Of a DNA stretch of 64,000 nt, positions 10,040-18,512 are shown piece by piece. This stretch comes from Hadesarchaea archaeon (GTDB lineage: Archaea > Hadarchaeota > Hadarchaeia > Hadarchaeales > Hadarchaeaceae): contig JAPDJH010000002.1 in NCBI GenBank assembly GCA_029259175.1, positions 1 through 64,000 on the forward strand. The letters run 5' to 3'. The notes under the pieces were generated by a model. It saw only the letters and a list, made by a program, of their open reading frames with translations, searched no databases and was not told the DNA's origin. A program made the translations under genes and the position numbers. The first letter of the stretch is position 1; every line of letters starts with the position of its first letter.

Positions 10040-10395
10040 TGAATTACCCCCAGCTTTCGCAGGGGGTTTCCGCGCTCGCTGGCTTTTGAGGCCAGCTCAT
10101 CCGCAGTTCGGGCGTGTTCATGGATGTCCCGTTCCTGGAGGAAACCCTTGATTTGACATCGCCTTTAGAGCGATGTTTATGGCACCATTTACGTCCCGAT
10201 CGATCTCTAGGCCACAACAGGTACAGCGTAGCATTCGATCCCCAAGCTCTGCCATCTTCGAGCCATCTAAGTAGCCAGCAGTGCGTCGTCTCGCGCTCGT
10301 TCCCCCTACCGCGACGATGTCTCGCCCGAACGCCTTGCTGCGAATCCACCATGCCTGCCGCCTGAATGACTACCGGTTTAGTCGCTTTCGCTGAA
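10040..10395 (-). pseudogene. tnpB: TnpB (IS200/IS605) C-terminal remnant with right-end hairpin
   Basis: Hand translation MLRCTCCGLEIDRDVNGAINIALK; right end GAAACCCCCTGCGAAAGCTGGGGGTAATTCA. Confidence 0.75.
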
Positions 10396-10419
10396 TTCCG
10401 CCAGGAACCTGGAACTCAT

Positions 10420-10873
10420 CGAGGCCCTGGAGGCGAGGATCAAGGCAACTGTGAGGCTACTCAAGCAGCGCTGCGAAGGAACACGGGTCATCGAGCTGCT
10501 GCGCACTATCCCGGGGATAGACTTCATCACCGCGGTGGGGCTGTACGCCGAGATCTGCGACATCCGGCGCTTCCCGAACCAGGAGCGCCTCGCCCACTAC
10601 GCCGGGCTCGTCCCGCGCGTGCGGCAGAGCGGTGAGCACACGTGGCACGGCAGGGAGACCCGCGGGAACCGGTGGCTGAAGTGGATGTTCATCGAAGCGG
10701 CGTGGGCCCACATCCGCAGTCACCCGCAAGGTAGGCTGGTGCGCGTCTTCCGCGATGCTCTCAAGCGCAAGCGCAGCAAGACGAAGGCGATCAAGGTCGT
10801 GGCGCGCAAGCTCGCCAATGTGGTGTGGGCGGTCTGGGCCTACGGGCAGCCCTTTGCCACGGGCGAAGCGTGA
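10420..10873 (+). pseudogene. IS110-family transposase, C-terminal half only
   Basis: LLRTIPGIDFITA...RRFPNQERLAHYAGLVP..RQSG...VARKL; N-terminal DEDD domain missing. Confidence 0.85.
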
Positions 10874-10960
10874 GCGAAGACCCCTGAGTTTAACTGCGGC
10901 CTTGACCGCTCGATTTAGGATGGGGCTTAGCTCACGCTCGGCTGATCAAGCCGAAGTGAT
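10874..10960 (+). ncRNA. Candidate bridge/seek RNA (3' non-coding end) of the truncated IS110
   Basis: CCCC-loop-GCGG ccttga CCGC-loop-GGGG scaffold shared with 11998-12119. Confidence 0.45.
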
Positions 10961-10995
10961 ATAATGTTGGGGGGTAAAAGTCCACCTCCCAAACA

Positions 10996-11997
10996 ATGAA
11001 TGTGGAGGTGAAAAACATGCCAAAGTATGTGGGACTGGACATACACAAGCAAACATGCTATGCGACGGTTGTAGATGAAGATGGCAAAGCAAAACAGAAA
11101 AGGTTCGCGAGCACCTTGGAGGGATTCAAGGAGTTCTTCAAAGACCTCGCCCCCGCTGAAGTTGCAATGGAAGCTGGGAGGTTCTGGCAACCAGTCTATG
11201 ACTATCTGGTAGACGCTGGATACACCGTAAAGCTCGCCCATCCGCTAAAGACCCGTTTGATCGCAGATGTGAAGATCAAAACCGACGCGAGCGATTCCGA
11301 GGCTCTGGCACAGCTGCTCAAACTCGGCTGGCTCCCGACCGCCTACGTGCCGCCGAAGGAGATAAGAGAACTACGCGAGCTGGTCAGGCAGTACACCTAC
11401 TTTGTACAACAGCGCACAAGGTTCAAGAACAAGATTTACGGGGAGCTGGAAAAGCGCGGCATACGTCTCGCCGTGGACCCGTTCACTAGAAGGGGTAGGC
11501 GCGCCTTGAGCGACCTCGGAGTAAAACCCGTGGACGACTGTCTGGCGGTCATAGAGGTGCTCAGCGAGCGGATCAAGCAGCTGCAGAGGGAGCTGAGGGC
11601 ACGGGCCAAAGCAAGCGCCGATGCCAGGCTACTCATGACGATCCCCGGTATCGGATACTTCTCAGCATTGACACTGCTGGCCGAAATCGGAGACATCAAT
11701 CGCTTTCCGAGCCCCGAGAGACTCTGCTCATACGCAGGGCTGGTTCCCTCATTGCACCAGTCGGGTTCAACGCAGAGGCTAGGGAGGATCACGAAGGAGG
11801 GGAGCAGTTTACTGCGGTGGGTTCTCGTTGAGTGCGCGTGGATGCATGTGAATCACGCCCGGGACACGAAGCTGACGAGGTTCTTCCACAGGTTAGCCCG
11901 GAGGAAAGGGAGAAAAACTACAATCGTTGCAACAGCCCGCAAGCTGTTGGTCACCGTTTACTGGATGCTCAAGCGACGAGAAGAGTTCCGCAATTAG
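10996..11997 (+). CDS. IS110-family DEDD transposase/recombinase (start may be ATG 11017)
   Basis: YVGLDIHK, AMEAG, KTDASDS, TIPGIG, YAGLVP..HQSG, ARKL. Confidence 0.95.
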   Translation: MNVEVKNMPKYVGLDIHKQTCYATVVDEDGKAKQKRFASTLEGFKEFFKDLAPAEVAMEAGRFWQPVYDYLVDAGYTVKLAHPLKTRLIADVKIKTDASDSEALAQLLKLGWLPTAYVPPKEIRELRELVRQYTYFVQQRTRFKNKIYGELEKRGIRLAVDPFTRRGRRALSDLGVKPVDDCLAVIEVLSERIKQLQRELRARAKASADARLLMTIPGIGYFSALTLLAEIGDINRFPSPERLCSYAGLVPSLHQSGSTQRLGRITKEGSSLLRWVLVECAWMHVNHARDTKLTRFFHRLARRKGRKTTIVATARKLLVTVYWMLKRREEFRN

Positions 11998-12119
11998 TGG
12001 GCGGTGGGCACCCCGCGTGAGCCGCTGCGGCTTGAGACCGCGTCGAACTGATTGGGGCCCTCAAGCGCAAGACAATCCTGCGGCACCGACCGCGTATAGG
12101 TGCATGCGCTCGTCGCCCA
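11998..12119 (+). ncRNA. Candidate bridge/seek RNA of the intact IS110
   Basis: 12-bp closing stem UGGGCGGUGGGC/GCUCGUCGCCCA enclosing two GCGG-loop-CCGC hairpins, each flanked by internal loops. Confidence 0.55.
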
Positions 12120-12344
12120 ATAATTACAGAACTCGAAACGTTTAAAACCCACATAGGTGCGGCCCAGACCGCTAACAGAAGAATGCCGTCCCGGGGTAAA
12201 AGGCTATATGCCTGCTGGGCAAAGGCTACTCGGAGGTTGTCGGGAGCGGGCCTTCACAGAAGAAGATAAACCAACTATGTTAAACAGTAAGTTTAAAAAC
12301 AATGGTAAAACCGAATAAAAGCGGCAACAAAGAGTATGACTTAG

Positions 12345-13175
12345 ATGGAAAATGTTTCAGGCGTTGTTAATCAAAAGGTGGAGGTAACAACCATGCGATC
12401 TGCATCTGCCAGTGAGCTTATCCTCGCCGTGCTTTCGCAGGCCCCAGCTGGAGCAACCGTGGATGAACTCTCACGCTGGCTCAACCTTGATCAGTACTCC
12501 CTCTCAAAATCGCTAGAAAGCCTACGGGAAAGGAGACTTGCGGACTACAGGGGCACAGAATGGGTACAGATCTGGTTTGCCTCCCGATTTCTGAAGAAAA
12601 AACCAGAACCACTCGTTAGGGAAATTTTCTTCGAGAGGATCTTCTTGAGTAACGATTTTGAGAAGCTAAGTTGTCACCTCACCGCTGAGGAACCCGGAAC
12701 GATAGATTTACTAGGCACTCGTTACGTGCTCCTAGCCGATAGGGTGATCACGAAGCTGATCACGGGATTTTTCGAAAGCATGGGCTACTGGCAGGGCTCC
12801 GAGATGCTTTACCGACTGGGCGCGGAACTTGGAAAAATGCATATCAGTCGCTGGAAGAAGCGGCTCGCATCTTTGAGCGAGTTTCACGAGGCGTGTCCCC
12901 GAAAGCTGGTCTTCTACCTTGCCTCCAGCACCCTGCTTGGCTGGGGAAAGAATGAACTAATCGAATTTAACCCTGGGAAGGGAAGGTGTACAATTAGGAT
13001 CTACAACCACCCCGTCTCGATGCCTGAGTTCGGAAAACCCATCCACTTCCTCGAGGCTGGGATGTTCGCCGAGCTCATGAGCCACATCGCGGGGAAGCGG
13101 GTCAAGGTCAGCGAGGTAAAGTGTACCTCCGCCGGGGCGAACTTCTGCGAGTTCAGGAGCAAGTTTAAGGCGTAA
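12345..13175 (+). CDS. HTH plus V4R-domain regulator (paralog 2)
   Basis: Same architecture as 9261-10025; identical C-terminal ~55 aa. Confidence 0.85.
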   Translation: MENVSGVVNQKVEVTTMRSASASELILAVLSQAPAGATVDELSRWLNLDQYSLSKSLESLRERRLADYRGTEWVQIWFASRFLKKKPEPLVREIFFERIFLSNDFEKLSCHLTAEEPGTIDLLGTRYVLLADRVITKLITGFFESMGYWQGSEMLYRLGAELGKMHISRWKKRLASLSEFHEACPRKLVFYLASSTLLGWGKNELIEFNPGKGRCTIRIYNHPVSMPEFGKPIHFLEAGMFAELMSHIAGKRVKVSEVKCTSAGANFCEFRSKFKA

Positions 13176-13185
13176 AACACTCATA

Positions 13186-13795
13186 TCAGAAGGGGCTTCC
13201 TGCTTCAACGACCGAGCTTGTCCCAGCGCGGAGCTGGGATAAGGGCTCGATCTCCACAGGTATGAATTCGGCTAGTTCCTGACCCACTCGCTTCAGTCCT
13301 TCTTGAAGGTCGTTCCACGCGGTGTTCAGGTGGCGGTCTAGCTCTAAGCCGCACTCGGGGCAGCGATGCATCCTCACCCAAAGCGGCTTCTCAACCGCTT
13401 CGCCGCGCCTCGAACATCTCTCTGTCGTCCCCCTCAGCTCGACGCGCACGACCCACCTACCAGCTCTTTCAGCCTTGTAGGTGAGCACGGGAAAAATGTG
13501 GCCCAAGCGGCATCTGCACGGTTCTTGCCGTTGCGGACCATCTCCATTAGCTCTCTCACCCCTAAATCCTCAATAGCGATGTAGTGGTTGGTGTAATGAC
13601 GCGAGAGCTTGTGGAGGAAATCGAGGCGCTGGTTGCAGATTCGCTCGTAGAGCCTCGCCAGCTTGAAGCGTTGCTTTACTCAATTTTTCGAGTCGCGCTT
13701 CTTCCTCGAAAATCTACGCTGCCCCTATTTCAGCTTCTGCTCTGACTTGGCGAGGTTGGGTGGGTGCTCGACGAAGTTGCCGTCGGATAGAGCTT
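13186..13795 (-). pseudogene. tnpB: TnpB (IS200/IS605) pseudogene
   Basis: LSDGNFVEHP, NQRLDFLHKLSR, IAIEDL, HRCPECGLELDRHLNTAWN; stops and frameshifts; GAAGCAGGAAGCCCC right-end-like motif. Confidence 0.85.
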
Positions 13796-13896
13796 GAACC
13801 GATAAGTCAGCTGCATTAGAGCTCATCCCGCGTCTTCATTCTATCGTCTACCCAAGGTACACATACGATTTCTGGAGAGAGATACCCGTAAGTAAT

Positions 13897-13945
13897 CGGC
13901 GGCTCTCATCCCCTAGCTCACGCAAGGAGACTTCCCGCCGCAAGA
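13897..13945. mobile_element. IS200/IS605-type terminal hairpin
   Basis: CGGCGG ctctcatcccctagctcacgcaaggagacttc CCGCCG next to the TnpB remnant. Confidence 0.35.
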
Positions 13946-13950
13946 CTTAA

Positions 13951-14385
13951 TCAAGCGGTGTTTTCTAACACGGTTACCGACTTCCATTCGGAAACCGGAT
14001 CTAGCGCGGTTATAATGTATGCCCATTTTTTTGGGTCGAAGCGGTGAATCACCACCCTGACACGATAGTTGCCGGCTGCTTTGGCTTCTAGAGAAAAGTT
14101 TTCGCTTCGGATTTCCCCCTCCCCGAAGGTGGATAGCCTCGCTTGGGGGAGGAGACCATCAGCGGGTTCGACTTCTATTTCAACTCTCACAGTGGCCTCG
14201 AGCCCGTTATTCTTCACCGTTGCTGTGGCTCCCACCGATTCACCGACCCAAATAGTATCTCTCTCGAGTTCCAAGGAAAGGACCTCAAAATTGAAGCTCT
14301 CGTCGGGAGTGAGCTGTTGATAAACGTACAAGGTCGATCCTAGCATGGCTACCACCCCCACCGCTACAAGAATGTAGAACTTCAT
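13951..14385 (-). CDS. Membrane-anchored Ig-like (CARDB-like) protein
   Basis: N-terminal TM; VGESVGATATVKNNG...AGNYRVRV. Confidence 0.7.
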   Translation of the reverse strand: MKFYILVAVGVVAMLGSTLYVYQQLTPDESFNFEVLSLELERDTIWVGESVGATATVKNNGLEATVRVEIEVEPADGLLPQARLSTFGEGEIRSENFSLEAKAAGNYRVRVVIHRFDPKKWAYIITALDPVSEWKSVTVLENTA

Positions 14386-14395
14386 CTGAATCCCG

Positions 14396-14911
14396 CTAGC
14401 TTTCGTACCACAACCAAGCGATCCCGAGCAGGGTTCCGCCAAATGAGCAAAGCAGGGCAATCAAAAACGCGATAACTAAACGCGTATCCAAAATCCACAC
14501 AACTTTTCCCTCGATTTGGTTTGGGTATATCCTTTGGGCAGGATCGGCAGCGGCAAGCGCTCTTAACCGGTCGCGCTCGCTAGGAGTATTTTGAGCATCA
14601 CCGATCACCACGTAATATAGTTGCCCGTTCTCATCCTCCGAGCGCTCAAATATGCGGTGACATCTTTTCTCGCCCGCAGCGTCTCGATAAACAATGATGT
14701 CTCCACTATTCTCATTATCGACCCTAAGTGACATCGGGTCGATATTGCGCATCACCACGATAGTGTCACCTTCGCAAATGGTCGGGGTCATGCTCGTGTT
14801 CTCGATTCGCGCGAAGGGAAACAGGTTACCTGTGTAGATGATGATCGCGAGATCCGCCCCGAGTAAAACGGCAAACGTCGCCGCACTGAGGCTCATCAGG
14901 ACTTTTCTCAT
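14396..14911 (-). CDS. Signal peptidase I (S26B, SipW/Sec11-like)
   Basis: SMTPTICEGD, GDIIVY, HRI, GD; N- and C-terminal TM segments. Confidence 0.85.
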   Translation of the reverse strand: MRKVLMSLSAATFAVLLGADLAIIIYTGNLFPFARIENTSMTPTICEGDTIVVMRNIDPMSLRVDNENSGDIIVYRDAAGEKRCHRIFERSEDENGQLYYVVIGDAQNTPSERDRLRALAAADPAQRIYPNQIEGKVVWILDTRLVIAFLIALLCSFGGTLLGIAWLWYES

Positions 14912-15055
14912 TTTTACACCTCATGTCAATATCTGCTCAAATCCTAAAACGGTTGGTTCCGTAAAAAGCTTGGGGTAAAAAATTTTGGTTAGGGGAGGTG
15001 GATTTGAGAAAAGTTTGAAATGGATTATCGTTGATTTTTTTGGTGGCACCAAGTA

Positions 15056-15586
15056 CTACTTTCCCTGCAACCAAAGTGAGATGTAACCTATTTTAGGGAT
15101 GGCAAAAATCACTCTGCCTTTGATCCACTCTGGTTTTACTGGGATTGGGTCTGCCCCGGGATTCGCGTCCCCCTTCGTTCTAAAAATGAGCTGGTTATCG
15201 ACCTCTAACTTTTCTACTACACGATGGGTGAGCTCTTGCCTACCTGGCACCTGGAACACTATGACATCCCCAATTGCAATATCTTTTGCATTACACCCTC
15301 GGACGACGAGCAAATCACCCCGCTCGAAACCACTTTGAAACGGAAAGTTCGATGGATCGTACCCCCGATCCAAAAAATATGTTTTCCAAGAATTGTCGTT
15401 GTGCCTCATGCTGTCCGAGGTGACAGCACAGAGTGGAGTAGTTGTGCCAAGGGCGAGCATTAAAATCGCCATAAAAGCAAAATAAACGACTGCAAGAATG
15501 AAAACCGTAATGATTATCTCGCGTATTGTTCGGTGCTTTTTGAAAAAACCGCTGGGCCGACACCTTGCTGTTTTGATACTTTCCAT
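15056..15586 (-). CDS. Signal peptidase I (S26B, archaeal)
   Basis: VTSDSM, GDVIVF, THRV, TKGDANPGADP, IPKIGY. Confidence 0.92.
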   Translation of the reverse strand: MESIKTARCRPSGFFKKHRTIREIIITVFILAVVYFAFMAILMLALGTTTPLCAVTSDSMRHNDNSWKTYFLDRGYDPSNFPFQSGFERGDLLVVRGCNAKDIAIGDVIVFQVPGRQELTHRVVEKLEVDNQLIFRTKGDANPGADPIPVKPEWIKGRVIFAIPKIGYISLWLQGK

Positions 15587-15612
15587 ATCGAATCTCCCGC
15601 CCGGGATGATGA

Positions 15613-17220
15613 TTACTGCAATTCACTTTCTATAGATGACTTATGTTTTACCTCTCGAGCTTGGCCGCCAAAACCTAACATATTTTCTTCACCTGAAGAC
15701 ATGGTAGGTCGGTTTTCAAGTCCTGGATGAACAAGGATCCCACATACCCCAGGGATTTCCAAGTAGTCTCCGTTGTAGCAAACCGCAACCTCATCGTCGC
15801 CTAGGCTCTTTGCCTGATGCAGGGCGGTAAGCCCACTTCCCGCGCTTAATCTGCGCCTCGGACTTCTAGCGCCCTTATCCAGCGACGGCTGGCTCTCCAC
15901 CCTGTCGGGTGCAAGGTTCTCCGGCGAGAGGTCCTCTGCCACTTGATCAGTCAAGTTGTCTGGAGTGAGGTCGTCCAGCGACGGCTGGCTCTCCACCCTG
16001 TCGGGTGCAAGGTTCTCCGGCGAGAGGTCCTCTGCCACTTGATCAGTCAAGTTGTCTGGAGTGAGGTCGTCCAGAGCTGGCGAATTTTTAATCACTCTAA
16101 TCGTATCACTACCCTCAAACGGTATCCTTGCGACTTCACCTCTTACCACCATCGTAACTACATTATCATCAATTAGACCCTCCACCGCTTTTCGATCGAA
16201 CTTTACCATCAAGTCAGATGTGCTGTCGTCGTCGTAGTCTCCAATTCCAGTTAGTCGAGATTCGGCTGGTACTGCGGTTCCGTTGATGATTAGCTTTACA
16301 GTGGTAGCATCAATATCTTTGACGTTGTATGGCTTGGGTAACTCAATGTAGCAAGTTATCCATTTGCCTCGACTCTTCAGGTTTAGAGTATCAGGATCTA
16401 TGTCAACCGTCGCAGGCAGGAGTGTGAAGAGTGGTTTAACCTCCCATCTAGACTGTAAGAAAACTTGAACGCTTCCTGAACTTCCTCCGATTGTTTCTTG
16501 TGCAGCGATTTCAAAGACAGCGCGGCACTGAGTGTTCGACTCAAACCTTGTAAGCAGCGCAAAGCTGTCGAAATCTTGGGATTCGAGAGCAACTACTTGC
16601 GGGGTGCTGGTTATTGTACCATCTCTAACCTCGAGCACGGGCTTTAGAAAAATATGCTCCAAGGCTTTGTGGATGGCCTTGGTGCCCCGTTCAAGGGAGA
16701 GGTAGCTGGCTATGTATCCTCCACGATCCAACCCCATAGTGTAGAGAGCGCCACCGCCGGAGTCATGGGGTGCCACTTCGTTAGTCATGAAGAAAGAGAA
16801 GTTTTGCGAAATCGTTGTGGAGTACTTGGGGCACTCGAGCAAATAGAGTCCAAGGCGTTTTATACAGGTAAGCGGTGCTGGGGCGCCGTTTTCAAAATAA
16901 CACCTAAGCGTGTTGTCTATATATAAAATAGTGAGGCTCCTCGGCATAACATCGAGGTTTTTGAGCCGGAGCGGGTCTAGGGTAACTGGCCATGAGGAGT
17001 TAACGTTCACCATCCCCCCGCTCTCCGAAATTTCCACCTCAACTCCGGGGAATCCCGCACCCCAACCTCGCTCCCACCCAACTTTATGCGGATAGACTAC
17101 TGTTTCGGCAACTGAACTCGCATGGACTCCTACAAGCGCGGTCACTCCCGTTGTTGCCTTTAGGATCACCAGGATGAGCGAAAATGCTATGGCACCTTCG
17201 CTACGTATAGGAGCTTTCAC
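15613..17220 (-). CDS. Exported multidomain protein; N-terminus resembles 6015-6728, followed by an IDPDTLNLKSRGKWIT...DLMVKFDR domain and an acidic tandem repeat
   Basis: Signal peptide; motif comparison; DYDDDSTSDL possible Ca-binding loop. Confidence 0.65.
   Translation of the reverse strand: MKAPIRSEGAIAFSLILVILKATTGVTALVGVHASSVAETVVYPHKVGWERGWGAGFPGVEVEISESGGMVNVNSSWPVTLDPLRLKNLDVMPRSLTILYIDNTLRCYFENGAPAPLTCIKRLGLYLLECPKYSTTISQNFSFFMTNEVAPHDSGGGALYTMGLDRGGYIASYLSLERGTKAIHKALEHIFLKPVLEVRDGTITSTPQVVALESQDFDSFALLTRFESNTQCRAVFEIAAQETIGGSSGSVQVFLQSRWEVKPLFTLLPATVDIDPDTLNLKSRGKWITCYIELPKPYNVKDIDATTVKLIINGTAVPAESRLTGIGDYDDDSTSDLMVKFDRKAVEGLIDDNVVTMVVRGEVARIPFEGSDTIRVIKNSPALDDLTPDNLTDQVAEDLSPENLAPDRVESQPSLDDLTPDNLTDQVAEDLSPENLAPDRVESQPSLDKGARSPRRRLSAGSGLTALHQAKSLGDDEVAVCYNGDYLEIPGVCGILVHPGLENRPTMSSGEENMLGFGGQAREVKHKSSIESELQ
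15878..16074. repeat. Perfect 96-bp in-frame tandem duplication (32 aa)
   Basis: LDDLTPDNLTDQVAEDLSPENLAPDRVESQPS x2. Confidence 0.92.
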
Positions 17221-17417
17221 TGTGATCGCCGTTTTCAGTCAAATAGGAGTTTTTTATAGGGTAACTGTTTAACAAGGTTATATACTCGTGTAATTTTCCA
17301 AAATCAATTAATTATAATCTAAACCCTGGATATTCTCGCAAGTTCCGACTTGATTTCGCGGGAGTTAACCACAACGGAAAGTTTCTTTAGCTACCGCGCA
17401 AATGAACCGGTGATAAT

Positions 17418-18512
17418 ATGCTTATGAAGTTCATAACAGCTTTCGTGTTACTAACCTGTTTCGCCCATGTAGCTGTAGCTCAAACCAGCACCACGACTAT
17501 CGAAGTCATGTCCGAGGGATCCGCACACCTCACCACTGTCACGACAATACAAATGCCCCAAAGCCTTTTGTCTTCCGGCTCCCTTGAACTGAGGGGGGAG
17601 AAGCTTATCGACAACGCTAGCATCACTTGCACTTGGGAGTTCACAACGATTTATTCACAACCTCGGTACCTTTTTGGCTTGCCGGAAAATGCCTGGATTT
17701 CTTCTTCCCAAAATTGGGGTTTCGAAAACTATCTCTCCTCCGAGGTAGAACTCCAGATCTTCGGGTTGGAAAATGCTCAGCAGGTTGCTGACAACATAGT
17801 CAACATCATAGACTCCTTAGCCGAATACCACATCCTTTACCGACTTTGGGGATCGCTCATGATCGACGAGGCAAGCATTCACACCGAGGTTCTAGATGGG
17901 TGTGTAAAAGCCAGTTTTCGAGCTGCTGGGGGCTGGGCGCTTGTTTACCCGCTCGGTGATATACCTGCCCTCTTGGCGGGCGGCTCAGGGATCTGGGTTT
18001 CGTCGGTTGACAATACAACTTGGCAGGGTAGTTTCACTATGGTCGCCCCAAATTTGAACGAAATGTTCGTGAAGCTAGGACACCAAGGCGTGAAAACCTC
18101 CCTCGTCAAGGTCGACTCGTTGAGCCACTCCGCAACTTACGCCGACAACGTGTATACCCAACGCCTTGAGGCAACTCTTCTCGATTTCGCACGGAGGGAA
18201 GACGGTGGTTGGGTGATAGAAAGCCTTGCCCAGAGCTTCCCGCTCGGTGAAAATGAGAACTTTATCATCAAACTACCGCCCGGCGTTGAGACAGTCAGGT
18301 ACTGGGGCACTCAAGCGGCGATCGAGGGCGCGAGTTTCGTATGGAAAGGCCCGACGACTTTAGATAATATTCGGATTGTCTACACGCTTGAAGCTCAGGA
18401 ACCAACGGCGATGGTACCAATACTAATTGTAGAAGCCGTAATCTGTGTGAGCATCGTGATTCTGCTTACCTTTCGCTCGCGCGGCAAGAGATTCAAACTT
18501 TTAGTTTTCTAA
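17418..18512 (+). CDS. Hypothetical surface protein with signal peptide and C-terminal TM plus basic tail
   Basis: MKFITAFVLLTCFAHVAVA; ILIVEAVICVSIVILLTFRSRGKR. Confidence 0.7.
   Translation: MLMKFITAFVLLTCFAHVAVAQTSTTTIEVMSEGSAHLTTVTTIQMPQSLLSSGSLELRGEKLIDNASITCTWEFTTIYSQPRYLFGLPENAWISSSQNWGFENYLSSEVELQIFGLENAQQVADNIVNIIDSLAEYHILYRLWGSLMIDEASIHTEVLDGCVKASFRAAGGWALVYPLGDIPALLAGGSGIWVSSVDNTTWQGSFTMVAPNLNEMFVKLGHQGVKTSLVKVDSLSHSATYADNVYTQRLEATLLDFARREDGGWVIESLAQSFPLGENENFIIKLPPGVETVRYWGTQAAIEGASFVWKGPTTLDNIRIVYTLEAQEPTAMVPILIVEAVICVSIVILLTFRSRGKRFKLLVF

Larger units (their letters stand above)
10961..12124 (+). mobile_element. Apparently intact IS110-family element
   Basis: Full transposase plus structured 3' end; ATAAT at both boundaries (10961-10965, 12120-12124); boundaries inferred. 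Confidence 0.7.

Noticed and set aside
12130-12300. GC-rich stretch containing ACAGAA, considered as an RNase P fragment
   Set aside because: No matching P4 partner sequence and too short
9850-13165. DGR template/variable repeat pair
   Set aside because: Copies are identical with no adenine-specific mismatches, both are coding, and no reverse transcriptase is in the window
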